The translations under genes and the position numbers were made by a program. This document shows, in pieces, positions 9,563 through 19,895 of a stretch of DNA of 64,000 nucleotides. The notes beneath the pieces were generated by a model. It saw only the letters and a list, made by a program, of their open reading frames with translations, was not told where the DNA came from and made no database searches. Origin of the DNA: Candidatus Binatia bacterium (GTDB lineage Bacteria > Desulfobacterota > Binatia > Bin18); contig OY761159.2 of the NCBI GenBank assembly GCA_963664395.2, positions 4,320,001 through 4,384,000 of the forward strand, in the 5' to 3' direction. The stretch's first letter is position 1, and every line of letters starts with the position of its first letter.

Positions 9563-10036
9563 ATGGGCAGTCAAACAAAGAATTCGCGCTGGAATTCCGT
9601 AGCCGGGGTCTTACGGACAGTTTTTCCTGACAGTGGCGAGCCTGAAAAGCTGCGAGCGTATCGGGCGTGGGAAGTGTGGTCTGAGGTGGTTGGCCCGGCC
9701 AATGCGAGAGGGGCGCAACCGACCAAGTTTCGGAGCGGAAAACTTTTTGTGACTGTCTTTCATCCCGCCCTTATGCAAGAGTTGCAGTTTGTGAAAGAGC
9801 GTATCCGGCGTCGGTTGAATCAGCGCATTGGGGCAGAGGTGATTACCCACATCTATTTTGGGCGAGGGCCAGTACGCCAGGAGGATGTCTTGACAACGTC
9901 ACCTCCCCAACGGAAACCTCCCCAGTTTCACGATATCGCTATTCCGCCTATCGACAATCCTGAGATCAGAGCAGCGTTTGAGTCACTCCTGACCGCCCGC
10001 CGTCGCCGCTTGGAAAATCCGTCTTCAGAGGGATAA
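9563..10036 (+). CDS. DUF721/DciA family protein
   Basis: WSEVVG...PTKFRSGKLFVTV.HPALMQELQF.K..I...LN pattern. Confidence 0.8.
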   Translation: MGSQTKNSRWNSVAGVLRTVFPDSGEPEKLRAYRAWEVWSEVVGPANARGAQPTKFRSGKLFVTVFHPALMQELQFVKERIRRRLNQRIGAEVITHIYFGRGPVRQEDVLTTSPPQRKPPQFHDIAIPPIDNPEIRAAFESLLTARRRRLENPSSEG

Positions 10037-10065
10037 GAGTAAAGAGGCCAGAGGCTGTCCTTGTG

Positions 10066-10218
10066 TCACACTGTCTCAGAAACAGTTTTCTTTTCGTTCC
10101 GTAATTCCTCGGTTGCCGTTGCCTCAATCGTCAAAGCCTCCGGGTCAATAACGACACCATAATCTCGCTCTGCACGCGCAAGCGAAATATAGGTATTCTG
10201 CACATAATCGAGAACTTT
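10066..10218 (-). pseudogene. C-terminal remnant of hydantoinase B/oxoprolinase family gene
   Basis: Translates KVLDYVQNTYISLARAERDYGVVIDPEALTIEATATEELR; no upstream body. Confidence 0.6.
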
Positions 10219-10828
10219 AAAGGCGAGAGAGCGGGGCACGAGGGGTCAAAAAAGCAGACATAAAAAAACGCCGCGTGAATCGCGACGTGATCTACCCAGC
10301 ATACTACACTTTAGCCTCCTAAGTCAAATGGAAATGGAAGTTGTTGATTTTACTCGTCTTATTATTCATCTTGTTGGTTGAAGGTTTGGAAGAGTGTTCA
10401 AATGGGTTTGTTTTTCTTGTGGGGGTTTTTACAAATACATAGTTGACTATAGTCTAAAATAGAGATTCCGGGTATTTTTTCTATCCATTTGCCTAAAATG
10501 GACATTTCCGAGGTGATAAAAAATATTGCCCTCCTTCATTTCAGAATATACCGCTAGTGTCTCACTTTGAAATTGCTTCTCCTCGCCGCTGATTGCCTGC
10601 CCATCTTTTTCGACGCCCTCGTCATTTTTCTTCACTTCCTACCAATTTTGGTAGGGACAAGGGCGGCAAATTATGCGTAGTATTCCTATTTATCAGTGAG
10701 GCCAAAACACTGCGGCAGGCGGAGTTAAGGTCCGCCATACGAGAGCGAAATCCAAAGGATTCAAACTGAGACACTACCCAATATTGCCCTCCTTATTTGG
10801 TGAAGCAGATTCCGAAAAAGGTACCATC

Positions 10829-12631
10829 ATGATTGACAGTTGCCAGTCAATAACTCACGCCTGCAAACCAACAACTCGTGCCCAGCGCACACAGCGGTTG
10901 ACCTTCCTGTGGAGCGTGGTGGTCCTCCTTGCCGCCACTTGCACCTCTGGCGGGCAGGCGTACGCCCAGACCCCTCCTCCTCCTCTGACCGTCACGTCCG
11001 TCGGCGGGTTAGACTTCAGCATTTCGAGAGACATTTGCTCGTCCGACGCCCCTGAATCCAAGACATACATGCTGACAAACAACAGCAGCACGCGTCTGCG
11101 CTTCACATTCGATCCCTCAGGGAACCTCGCTGACAGCCCCTCCTTTCTGGACGCGGCTCCACGGGAGGGCTTGCTTGCCGCCAATGGGGGGACGATGGAG
11201 GTGACCGTTACCCTCAGTAACAGCGGCAAGTGGACATCGGTGGGCCAACACGAGAGGAGGCCCTGGTTTGACTACGTCTCGAGCACCTTCGGCTACGGCG
11301 TGGTGGAGTTTACCTTCGCGCTGACGATGACCGATGATGGGGGGACCCGGTGTCGTCCGTCCGTGCCCACCAATGTGAGAGTGACGGCACTCAACATGCC
11401 GGAATGTGAGGGGTGGAGAAGCCTCAGGGTTGCGTGGGATGCGCCGTCGAATCCAGTCAGTTCGCCCATCACTGCCTACTACGTGACCGACGGGGGCTTC
11501 TCCTGGTCTGGGGCAGACACCCTTACCGGCACGACTATCAGATGCCTGCTCCCGGATACAGAGTACTTCGTGGCGGTGCGGGCGAGAAACGACCATGGGT
11601 ACAGCCCGTGGTCAGAACGGGTCAGCCAGTGGACGCGGATGCCACCCTCGCCGCCCCAAAATCCCAGTGGCGGCGGGAGCGGTAGCAGCGGGAGTAGCGG
11701 CGGCAGCAGCGGGAGTAGCAGCGGCGGGAGCGGTGGCAGCGGGTCGTTGGAGGATCTCTCGGGGTATCTGGAGAACCCTGGGGCCGACTCGTTCCAGAGT
11801 GGCATTGGCGTGATCTCCGGCTGGGTATGCGAAGCTGAGACGGTCGAGATCGAGATTGAGACAGAGCAGGGAGAGGTTCAGCGGCAGCCGGCGGCGTATG
11901 GCACCGAGCGGGTGGACACCGAGGAAGCCTGTGGAGACACGGCCAACGGGTTTGGGTTGTTGTTCAACTGGAACCTGTTGGGCGACGGGGAGCATGAGGT
12001 GGTGGCGCTGGTCGATGGCATCGAATTGGACCGGGCCACGGTGACGGTGACGACGCTGGGCAAGGAGTTTCTGCGGGAGGGGACGGGGACGTGTACGGTG
12101 GAAGATTTCCCGACCAGGGACAAGACGGTGACGTTAGCGTGGCAGCAGACACAGCAGAACTTCGTGATTGCAGACGGTCCCGCCCCGAGCGGAGAGTACC
12201 GGGCGGGAGCGGTAGATGTGGGGTATCTGGAGAACCCAGGCGCCAATTCGTTTCAGAGTGGGATAGGAGTAATTTCGGGCTGGGTGTGTGAGGGGGCCGA
12301 GGTCATCATTGAGCTGAACGGCGAGCCCCAGCCGGCGGCGTATGGCACCGAGCGGGTGGACACCGAGGAAGCCTGTGGGGACACGGCCAACGGGTTTGGG
12401 TTGTTGTTCAACTGGAACCTGTTGGGTGACGGGGAACATACGGTCGTGGCTTGGGTAGATGGGGTTGAGTTAGGCCGAGCCGCGGTGCGGGTAACGACGC
12501 TGGACGAGGAGTTTGTGGAGGATGTGACGGGCGAGTGTGTGGTGGAGGACTTTCCGATGGCGGGTGCGACGGTGACGCTGGGGTGGCAAGAGAATAGTCA
12601 GAATTTTGTCATTACGAACGCCGAGAGATAG
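10829..12631 (+). CDS. Secreted/surface protein: Ig-like and FN3 domains, Gly/Ser linker, two tandem C-terminal repeat domains
   Basis: Signal-like segment ending AYAQ; FN3 (PTNVRV..W..P..Y..L.P.TEY.V.VRA.N..G.S.WS); two GYLENPG.SFQSGIGVISGWVCE domains. Confidence 0.85.
   Translation: MIDSCQSITHACKPTTRAQRTQRLTFLWSVVVLLAATCTSGGQAYAQTPPPPLTVTSVGGLDFSISRDICSSDAPESKTYMLTNNSSTRLRFTFDPSGNLADSPSFLDAAPREGLLAANGGTMEVTVTLSNSGKWTSVGQHERRPWFDYVSSTFGYGVVEFTFALTMTDDGGTRCRPSVPTNVRVTALNMPECEGWRSLRVAWDAPSNPVSSPITAYYVTDGGFSWSGADTLTGTTIRCLLPDTEYFVAVRARNDHGYSPWSERVSQWTRMPPSPPQNPSGGGSGSSGSSGGSSGSSSGGSGGSGSLEDLSGYLENPGADSFQSGIGVISGWVCEAETVEIEIETEQGEVQRQPAAYGTERVDTEEACGDTANGFGLLFNWNLLGDGEHEVVALVDGIELDRATVTVTTLGKEFLREGTGTCTVEDFPTRDKTVTLAWQQTQQNFVIADGPAPSGEYRAGAVDVGYLENPGANSFQSGIGVISGWVCEGAEVIIELNGEPQPAAYGTERVDTEEACGDTANGFGLLFNWNLLGDGEHTVVAWVDGVELGRAAVRVTTLDEEFVEDVTGECVVEDFPMAGATVTLGWQENSQNFVITNAER
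11762..12620 (+). repeat. Intragenic tandem duplication (copies ~11762-12170 and ~12221-12620)
   Basis: ~100-bp stretch CAGCCGGCGGCGTATGGCACCGAG...AACCTGTTGGG nearly identical in both copies. Confidence 0.9.
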
Positions 12632-12692
12632 GTTTAGAGGTGAGGCTGCCGGGGCTTGAGCCTTTGCCTAAAGATGCCGGGGGGTCGGGGGC

Positions 12693-12719
12693 CTGGATTC
12701 CTGCTTTCGCAGGAATGAC
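12693..12719. repeat. REP-like palindrome between convergent genes
   Basis: CTGG-ATTCCTGC-TTTC-GCAGGAAT-GAC. Confidence 0.6.
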
Positions 12720-12747
12720 GGGCGGCTACACAGCATCGTGATTTGCT

Positions 12748-13365
12748 CTAGTCGAACGGGAGAAGATCATCCTGGTCGTTCTGATCATTTTCCTCGCCGC
12801 CTTCAACTGGTGGTGACGCAGGTTCCTTCTGAAGCAGTAATTCGGCTTGCGTCTCGCTGCCAGGCATATCAAACCCAAACCCCTCGACACTCAAGAGCTG
12901 AAATGTTCGCTTGCGCGGAGTTAAGAAGCCCACAATGGTTAGCGGAGTTCCGGGGAGAGACTGGGCTACTTCAGACAGCAGGTCTTCGGGGCCGACGATA
13001 TCGAAATTGAGTCGCCATTTTTTCACAATCTTGAGCAACCGGCGGGGAGTCAGCCGGGGTAAGTCCACGGCTTCAATCGCGACGAGGACAAACGGATACT
13101 GCTCGCCATAGCGTGTAATCCCCAAGGTGACGACATCGAGCTCAGGTCGTTGGCTGACTGCCGGCATATACCGGAGGAATCCTTCCAGTCTGACCTTTAT
13201 GGGGAAGCGTGAGTTCTCGTCACCTGCGCCCGGCCTCCCCGTCCCCAGCCCTCCAACTCCAGTACCAACCCCTATGGGATAGATAGAAGCCGGGAAAAGC
13301 ACGCATAAGGTGACAACGAAAATAACGAGAAGGGACGATTTCAGGACGGCGGCATATGTTTTCAT
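12748..13365 (-). CDS. Hypothetical exported/membrane-anchored protein
   Basis: 205 aa, hydrophobic N-terminus, acidic tail; RBS GAGGAAGAG. Confidence 0.7.
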   Translation of the reverse strand: MKTYAAVLKSSLLVIFVVTLCVLFPASIYPIGVGTGVGGLGTGRPGAGDENSRFPIKVRLEGFLRYMPAVSQRPELDVVTLGITRYGEQYPFVLVAIEAVDLPRLTPRRLLKIVKKWRLNFDIVGPEDLLSEVAQSLPGTPLTIVGFLTPRKRTFQLLSVEGFGFDMPGSETQAELLLQKEPASPPVEGGEENDQNDQDDLLPFD

Positions 13366-13619
13366 CGTTGCTCTTCCTCAACCTCATACCGTCTTCAGGC
13401 TGCCTACCGCTTTGACTTTGATCCGCACCGCATTGCCCGGCAAATAGGCCAGGGGGACTTCTTCGAGGTCAAGTATTTCAACTCTATCGATAAGAAGACA
13501 GTCCGAGTGTCCCATGGGTCCCGTTCTACGGTTGGGCGCTGTGTCTGTCAACCAAAACGCGCCTCACCGGTCCTTATTTTTGTTTGCCCTGACATCTGAA
13601 ACCTGATAACTGGGGACGT

Positions 13620-14501
13620 ATGAAACCAGCACCCTTCAGGTATGCGTGTCCCCGCTCTGTTGATGAAGCCTTGGCTTTGCTTCAGGCGGGTGGTGATGAG
13701 ACTAAAGTACTTGCCGGTGGGCAGAGTTTTGTTCCGTTGCTCAATCTACGCATCGCGTCGGTTGAGTCAGTCGTCGATCTGAACCGCCTGGATGATCTCG
13801 CCTATATCAAGCGAGACAACGACACCCTGTGCATCGGCGCAATGACGCGGCATAGACAGATGGAAGTGTCCGATGAGATTCGGGCCGCCCAGCCGTTACT
13901 GTGTCGGGCCGCGGCTGAGGTCGGCCATTTGGCGATACGAAACCGGGGGACCATTGGGGGCAGCCTGGTCCATGCTGATCCTGCGGCGGAATGGCCCTTA
14001 GTTGCCGCGGCGTTGGATGCCCAGTTCGTGCTGCGCTCTCAGGACAACTCTCGTACGGTTTCTGCGCGTGAATTTTTTCTCGCTCCGCTCATGACCGCGA
14101 TTGAGCCGAACGAAATTCTGTGTGAGGTCCGTTTCCCAGTCGCTCCTGTGGGGGCGGTCTGGGGCTTCCAGGAGTTGTGCCGACGACCGGGAGATTTCGC
14201 CATCGTAGCCATTGCGTGTCAGTTGACGCTGGACGACGGCGGAACGTGCTCGGCGGCGTCATTGGCGGTTGGGGGGGCGCATTCCACGCCACTCCACGTT
14301 GCCGACGTAGAACCGATCCTCATCGGCAGTCAGGGCGATGCCGCGGTGATGACTGCCGCTGCGGAAAAAGCCGCCGCCGCGGTCGATCCGTCAGGCGACG
14401 TCCACGGTTCTGCCGACTATCGACGCAGAATGGTCAAGGTACTGACCCAACGCGCGTTGAAAGAAGCTTGGGCTCAAAAGAGTAAACGTGTCCTCCAATA
14501 G
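13620..14501 (+). CDS. Xanthine dehydrogenase/CO dehydrogenase family FAD subunit (CoxM-like)
   Basis: MKPAPFRY, LAGGQS, IRNRGTIGGS..HADPAAE, GDFA. Confidence 0.92.
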   Translation: MKPAPFRYACPRSVDEALALLQAGGDETKVLAGGQSFVPLLNLRIASVESVVDLNRLDDLAYIKRDNDTLCIGAMTRHRQMEVSDEIRAAQPLLCRAAAEVGHLAIRNRGTIGGSLVHADPAAEWPLVAAALDAQFVLRSQDNSRTVSAREFFLAPLMTAIEPNEILCEVRFPVAPVGAVWGFQELCRRPGDFAIVAIACQLTLDDGGTCSAASLAVGGAHSTPLHVADVEPILIGSQGDAAVMTAAAEKAAAAVDPSGDVHGSADYRRRMVKVLTQRALKEAWAQKSKRVLQ

Positions 14502-14555
14502 ACATGCAGATGCTGACACGTTTACTCTTCGGTCGCATAAACAGGGAGAAGGAAT

Positions 14556-15047
14556 ATGGCAGAAGCACAATTCGCCGAGAGTCAAACCATCCGCGTCCGC
14601 GTCAATGGCCGCGAGTACGAGCATAAAGTTCCGGTGCGCCGCCTCCTGGCTGACTTCATCCGGCACGACCTGGGTCTGACCGCGACCCATCTCGGCTGCG
14701 AACACGGCGTGTGCGGTGCGTGCACCATTATTATGGACGGCGAAAGCGTACGGTCCTGCTTGTTATTTGCTGTTCAGGCCGATGGGGCGGAACTCCAAAC
14801 GCTTGAGGGGCTCGCCAATGGGGATGAAATGCATCCGCTGCAACAGGCCTTTTGGGACAACCATGCGCTCCAATGCGGTTTCTGTACGTCCGGGTTTCTG
14901 ATGAGTGCGGTCGATTTACTCCACAAGAATCCGCATCCGAGCGAGGAAGAAATCCGGTACGGACTGTCGGGTAATCTCTGCCGTTGTACCGGCTATGCAA
15001 ACATCGTCAAAGCCGTTCAGGCCGTCGCGGAACAGTCTCAATCCTAA
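14556..15047 (+). CDS. Molybdo-hydroxylase 2Fe-2S small subunit (CoxS-like)
   Basis: GCEHGVCGACT, QCGFCT, NLCRCTGY. Confidence 0.93.
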   Translation: MAEAQFAESQTIRVRVNGREYEHKVPVRRLLADFIRHDLGLTATHLGCEHGVCGACTIIMDGESVRSCLLFAVQADGAELQTLEGLANGDEMHPLQQAFWDNHALQCGFCTSGFLMSAVDLLHKNPHPSEEEIRYGLSGNLCRCTGYANIVKAVQAVAEQSQS

Positions 15048-15063
15048 GACACAGGAATACCCT

Positions 15064-17442
15064 ATGGCATCGTCCCAAGGTGGAACCGGCAAGATGGTCG
15101 GCGCGCAGGTACGCCGGGTCGAAGACCCCCGCTTCTTGTTGGGCACCTCGCAGTACGTGGATGATCTCGACCTCCCCAACTCGGTCGCGCTGGCCTTTGT
15201 CCGTAGCCCGTATGCGCACGCGCGGATTCTGTCTATTGACGTGAACACGGCGCGGGGTCGGTCCGATGTGCAACTCGTTGTAACGGGGGCAGACATTGCG
15301 GAAGCAATTAAGCCGCTCCGAGTAGTATACGATCCAAACAAAGCGCCTACGCATAAGTCCTGCGATTGGCCCGTCCTGGCCCAGGACAAAGTGCGTTTTG
15401 TTGGCGAGGCGGTGGCCGTTGTGGTCGCCACCGATCGCTATGCGGCAGAAGACGCCGCCAGTGTGATCGATGTGGAGTACGAGCCGCTTGATCCCGTGTG
15501 TGATGTCGAACAGGCACTCGCCGCGGACGCCCCCCTCGTGCATGAGGAGTGGGGCGATAACGTCATGCAAACCCTCCGGGTCGAGATTGGTGAAGTGGCG
15601 AAAGCTTTCCACGTTGCCGATTGCGTTGTTTCAGAACGTCTGACAACCGGCCGGCATATGGCGCTGCCCATGGAGACGCGAGGGTGTGTGGCGTCTTTTG
15701 AGCGAGGGACAGACACCCTCACCGTGTGGTCGTCCACGCAGGTGCCGCATATGCTCCGCTCGCATCTTGCCCTGGTGCTGGATTTCCCTGAACATCATAT
15801 TCGTGTCATTGCCCCGGACGTTGGCGGCGGGTTTGGACAAAAGGGCCATCTCTTTCCCGAGGAGGCCGTCGCTGCCTATCTGGCCCGTCGTCTTGGCCGA
15901 TCGGTCAAATGGATCGAGGATCGACGCGAAAATCTGTCAGCCTCCCTTCACGCCAAACAGCAAACCGTGCAGGCCGAACTCGCCGTCCGACAGGACGGCA
16001 CCATCCTCGGCATCAGAGGGCGGTTTGTTAGCGACGTGGGCGCGTATTCCGAATACCCGTGGGGGTCTGCATTCGAAGCCGGACACGCGGCTTCAAGCCT
16101 GCCCGGACCGTATAAGACGCCGGCCTTCGGCTTCGAGGCTGTGTCTGTTGCTACCAACAAAACTACTATTGGGGTGTATCGTGGGGTGGGCCTGCCTATT
16201 GGAGTGCTGACTATGGAGCGACTCCTGGACCTGGCGGCCCACAAACTGGGACTCGACCCGGCAGAGATTCGTCTCCGCAATATGATCCGCAAAGAGGAAC
16301 ATCCGTATACCACCATTATCGGCGCGGAAGTCGAGAGCGGAAGTCATCGCGAATCACTCCAAAAAGCGCTGGACATGCTGGGCTATCAGGCGTGCAGAGC
16401 CGAGCAGCAGCAGGCCCGAGCGCAGGGCCGTTACCTTGGTATCGGTATTGGCTGCTATGTGGAAGGTACGGCGCCGAGCTCGGCGGCTTTTGCCTCGATG
16501 GGTCTTGATCTCGGTGGATATGAATCAGCAACGGTGCGTATGGACGTGGCCGGCACGGTGACTGTTCTGGTCGGGACGCACTCCCACGGTCAGAGTCACG
16601 AAACAACCCTGGCCCAGGTTGCGGCCGACGAACTTGGCCTGCCGCTCGCCGATATCAGAATCATCGAGGGTGACACGAACGCCGTTCCCTACGGCATGGG
16701 CACCTGGGGCAGTCGGAGTGCCGTCACCGGCGGGGGGGCGATCTCCAAGGCGTCCGAAAAGCTGCGCAGCAAGATGTTGCGTATCGCCTCGCGTATGACC
16801 GAGGTGCCGGACGATGATCTGGAACTGGCTGCAGGGATGATCCGACGGAAAGCGGATGCCACCCCGCTGCTGCCTATCAAAGAGCTGGCCTATCGGGTGC
16901 TGGTGCAGGCCGGCAGTCTCCCGCCGGATGAAGAGCCCGGTCTGGATGCCACGGCCCACTATGAACCCCCGCCGTCCACCCATGCCAACGCGACCCATAT
17001 CGCTCTGGTCGAAGTGGACCGTGACACCGGCAAGGTGGCTATACTGCGCTATATCGTGGTTGAAGACTGTGGCACGATTATTAACCCCACGGTGGTAGAT
17101 GGTCAGATTCAAGGTGGCGTTGCTCAGGGAATCGGCACAGCACTGTATGAACACGCCATCTACGATGAGAACGGCCAATTCCTGACGGGTACGTTGATGG
17201 ATTATATTATTCCAACCGCAGTTGATGTGCCGCAAGTGGAAATCGGTCACATTGAAAGCCCATCTCCGTATACACCGCATGGCATCAAAGGCATGGGTGA
17301 GGGGGGCGCGATTGCCCCGCCGGCGGCGATTGCCAACGCGGTTGCCGACGCCCTGGCTCCGTTCGATGTGCGGGTCAATGCCATTCCACTCACTCCGGAA
17401 CGGGTCCTGGGCTGGATTGAGCAGTACTCAGCCGCAGCCTGA
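15064..17442 (+). CDS. Molybdopterin-binding large subunit, copy 1 (CoxL/XdhA-like)
   Basis: RVEDPR, DVGGGFG, YRGVG, GTWGSRS, GQIQGGVAQG, KGMGEGG. Confidence 0.92.
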   Translation: MASSQGGTGKMVGAQVRRVEDPRFLLGTSQYVDDLDLPNSVALAFVRSPYAHARILSIDVNTARGRSDVQLVVTGADIAEAIKPLRVVYDPNKAPTHKSCDWPVLAQDKVRFVGEAVAVVVATDRYAAEDAASVIDVEYEPLDPVCDVEQALAADAPLVHEEWGDNVMQTLRVEIGEVAKAFHVADCVVSERLTTGRHMALPMETRGCVASFERGTDTLTVWSSTQVPHMLRSHLALVLDFPEHHIRVIAPDVGGGFGQKGHLFPEEAVAAYLARRLGRSVKWIEDRRENLSASLHAKQQTVQAELAVRQDGTILGIRGRFVSDVGAYSEYPWGSAFEAGHAASSLPGPYKTPAFGFEAVSVATNKTTIGVYRGVGLPIGVLTMERLLDLAAHKLGLDPAEIRLRNMIRKEEHPYTTIIGAEVESGSHRESLQKALDMLGYQACRAEQQQARAQGRYLGIGIGCYVEGTAPSSAAFASMGLDLGGYESATVRMDVAGTVTVLVGTHSHGQSHETTLAQVAADELGLPLADIRIIEGDTNAVPYGMGTWGSRSAVTGGGAISKASEKLRSKMLRIASRMTEVPDDDLELAAGMIRRKADATPLLPIKELAYRVLVQAGSLPPDEEPGLDATAHYEPPPSTHANATHIALVEVDRDTGKVAILRYIVVEDCGTIINPTVVDGQIQGGVAQGIGTALYEHAIYDENGQFLTGTLMDYIIPTAVDVPQVEIGHIESPSPYTPHGIKGMGEGGAIAPPAAIANAVADALAPFDVRVNAIPLTPERVLGWIEQYSAAA

Positions 17443-17500
17443 TTGGGCTTCCAGCCCGCAAAAGAAGGCTGCTCTTAACCCTGACCTTGGAGGGTCGTGC

Positions 17501-19891
17501 ATGCGTCGTGAGGGAACCGGAAAAATGCTGGGCGCACAAGTTCGGCGGGTTGAAGACCCACGCGTGTTGCTGGGGAAAACCCAGTACGTTGATGACTTGG
17601 TGTTGCCCGACATGCTGGCCGTAGCCTTTGTGCGGAGCCCGTATGCCCACGCACAGATTGCGCATATTGACGCGCAGGCAGCGTTGGCCGAGCCTGAGGT
17701 GCAGTGTGTCCTGACCGGACACGATATTCTGAACACGATCAAGCCGCTCCGGGTTGAGTTTGATACGGAAAAAGTCCCTTTTCACAAATCGTGCAATTGG
17801 CATGTCTTGACGCCTGACAAGGTCCGCTTTGTCGGCGATATGGTCGCCGCTGTTGTTGCGACAGATCGCTACGCCGCCGAAGATGCCGCGGCTCTCGTCG
17901 AAGTCGAATACGAGCCGCTTGAGCCGGTATCTGATATGGAACAGGCGCTGCAACCCGACGCTCCGCTGGTGCATGAAGAGTGGGGTGACAATGTCATGGA
18001 GCGGCTCGAAGCCCAGTTTGGGGACGTGGGGAAAGCCTTTCACGAGGCAGACTGTGTAGTGTCGGAACGTTTTGTGACGGGCCGCCACATGGCCTCGCCC
18101 ATGGAGACACGCGGTTGTGTGGCTCAGTATGATGTGGCGACCGACGCCCTCACCGTCTGGTCGTCAACCCAAGTGCCGCATACCCTGCGCGCCAGTCTGG
18201 CGACATTGTTAGGTCTGCCCGAGCATCGCCTGCGTGTCATCTCCCCGGACGTGGGGGGTGGTTTTGGCCTCAAGGCGCATCCTTTTTCCGAAGAGGTCCT
18301 GGTGACCTATCTGGCCAGAGCCCTGCGCAAGCCGGTCAAATGGATCGAAGACCGACGGGAGAATTTATCGGCGTCCCTCCAAGCCAAGCATCAGATTGTC
18401 ACTGCTGAACTGGCCCTCAAGAGCGATGGGCGTATCCTCGGTCTCAAAGCGCGCTTCTTGAGTGACGCCGGCGGATATTCGTCCTATCCCTGGAGTTCGG
18501 CCTTTGAGCCTAAACATGCCGCCGGGACGATATCCGGCCCGTATAAGATTCCGGCCTTTGGGTTTGAAACCTGTACGGTCGCCACAAACAAAGCGTCCAT
18601 TGGTGTGTATCGGGGCGTGGGTATCACGATTGCGGCCTTGGCGATGGAGCGCCTCATGGATATGGGCGCGCAAAAGCTCGGTCTTGACCCCGTAGACATT
18701 CGGCTGCGCAATATGATCTCGCAAGAAGAGCATCCGTATACGACGCTTATGGGTGCGGAGATTGAGAGCGGCAGCCACCAGGCCGCATTACAACAGGCGC
18801 TGGATATCCTCGGCTATGACGATTTTCGGACCGAACAGCAGAAAGCCCGCCAGAACGGCCGTTATCTTGGGGTGGGGATCGGCTCGTATGTGGAAGGCAC
18901 GGCGCATAACTCGGCTGTGTTTGATTCCTTTGGCGTCAAGATCGGTGGTTATGAGTCGGCGACCATGCGTATTGATGAGTCGGGCAAGGTGACGGTCTTT
19001 GTTGGTACGCACTCGCACGGCCAGGGCCACCACACCGTGTATGCGCAACTGATCGCGGACACGCTTGGGGTCGGGCTCGGGGATGTCAGTGTTGTCCAAG
19101 GCGATACTCAAGTCACGCCACGCGGGTGGGGAACGTGGGCCAGTCGGAGTGCGGTGACGGGCGGGGGTGCCGTTACGTCTGCTTCGCGAAAGCTGCGCGA
19201 TAAGCTGCTGCGGATTGCGGCGCGCCTGACTGAAGTCCCAGCAGACGACCTTGAGCTTGCTCAAGGCATGGTCCAACGCAAAACCGGCGCCGTACAACTC
19301 CTGTCCATCCCCGAACTGGCGTATCGGATTATCGCTCAGCCCAGCAGCCTTCCACCTGACGAAGAACCTGGGCTTGATGTCACCGTGACGTACGAACCGC
19401 CACCCATCACCCACTCAAACGCAACCCACGTATCTACGCTTGAGGTTGATATCGAAACCGGTCAGGTTCAACTCCTACGCTATATCGTGGTCGAAGACTG
19501 CGGCACGATTATCAATCCCATGATTGTTGATGGTCAGATCCAGGGTGGGGTGGCCCAGGGAATCGGGTCGGCGCTGTACGAACACGCCATCTATGATGAG
19601 AACGGCCAATTCCTGACCGGAACATTCATGGACTATCTGATTCCGACTGCCGCGGATGTGCCGCAAGTGGAAATCGGTCATATTGAGACGCCGTCTCCCT
19701 ATACCTTGCATGGGATCAAGGGCATGGGTGAGGGCGGCGCGATTGCCCCGCCGGCGGCGATTGCGAATGCGGTTGCCGATGCGCTGTCGCCCTTTGGTGT
19801 TCGGGTGAATGAAGTGCCGCTGACCCCGGAGCGGGTACTCAGCATGTTGGACCGGGCTCAGACAAATCAGGAGAAAGGAAGTAGGTTATAG
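17501..19891 (+). CDS. Molybdopterin-binding large subunit, copy 2 (CoxL/XdhA-like)
   Basis: Collinear paralogue of copy 1 with the same motifs; ATG at 17501 after GGAGG. Confidence 0.92.
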   Translation: MRREGTGKMLGAQVRRVEDPRVLLGKTQYVDDLVLPDMLAVAFVRSPYAHAQIAHIDAQAALAEPEVQCVLTGHDILNTIKPLRVEFDTEKVPFHKSCNWHVLTPDKVRFVGDMVAAVVATDRYAAEDAAALVEVEYEPLEPVSDMEQALQPDAPLVHEEWGDNVMERLEAQFGDVGKAFHEADCVVSERFVTGRHMASPMETRGCVAQYDVATDALTVWSSTQVPHTLRASLATLLGLPEHRLRVISPDVGGGFGLKAHPFSEEVLVTYLARALRKPVKWIEDRRENLSASLQAKHQIVTAELALKSDGRILGLKARFLSDAGGYSSYPWSSAFEPKHAAGTISGPYKIPAFGFETCTVATNKASIGVYRGVGITIAALAMERLMDMGAQKLGLDPVDIRLRNMISQEEHPYTTLMGAEIESGSHQAALQQALDILGYDDFRTEQQKARQNGRYLGVGIGSYVEGTAHNSAVFDSFGVKIGGYESATMRIDESGKVTVFVGTHSHGQGHHTVYAQLIADTLGVGLGDVSVVQGDTQVTPRGWGTWASRSAVTGGGAVTSASRKLRDKLLRIAARLTEVPADDLELAQGMVQRKTGAVQLLSIPELAYRIIAQPSSLPPDEEPGLDVTVTYEPPPITHSNATHVSTLEVDIETGQVQLLRYIVVEDCGTIINPMIVDGQIQGGVAQGIGSALYEHAIYDENGQFLTGTFMDYLIPTAADVPQVEIGHIETPSPYTLHGIKGMGEGGAIAPPAAIANAVADALSPFGVRVNEVPLTPERVLSMLDRAQTNQEKGSRL

Positions 19892-19895
19892 TCAG

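Noticed and set aside
10447-10635. 62-aa AT-rich ORF
   Set aside because: No motif, GTG start and no supporting context
11666-11745. Tandem DNA repeat as a separate element
   Set aside because: It is the in-frame Gly/Ser linker of the surface protein
15064-19891. Aerobic CO dehydrogenase (form I coxL)
   Set aside because: Active-site loop is VYRGVG, not AYxCSFR; no coxDEFG accessory genes nearby
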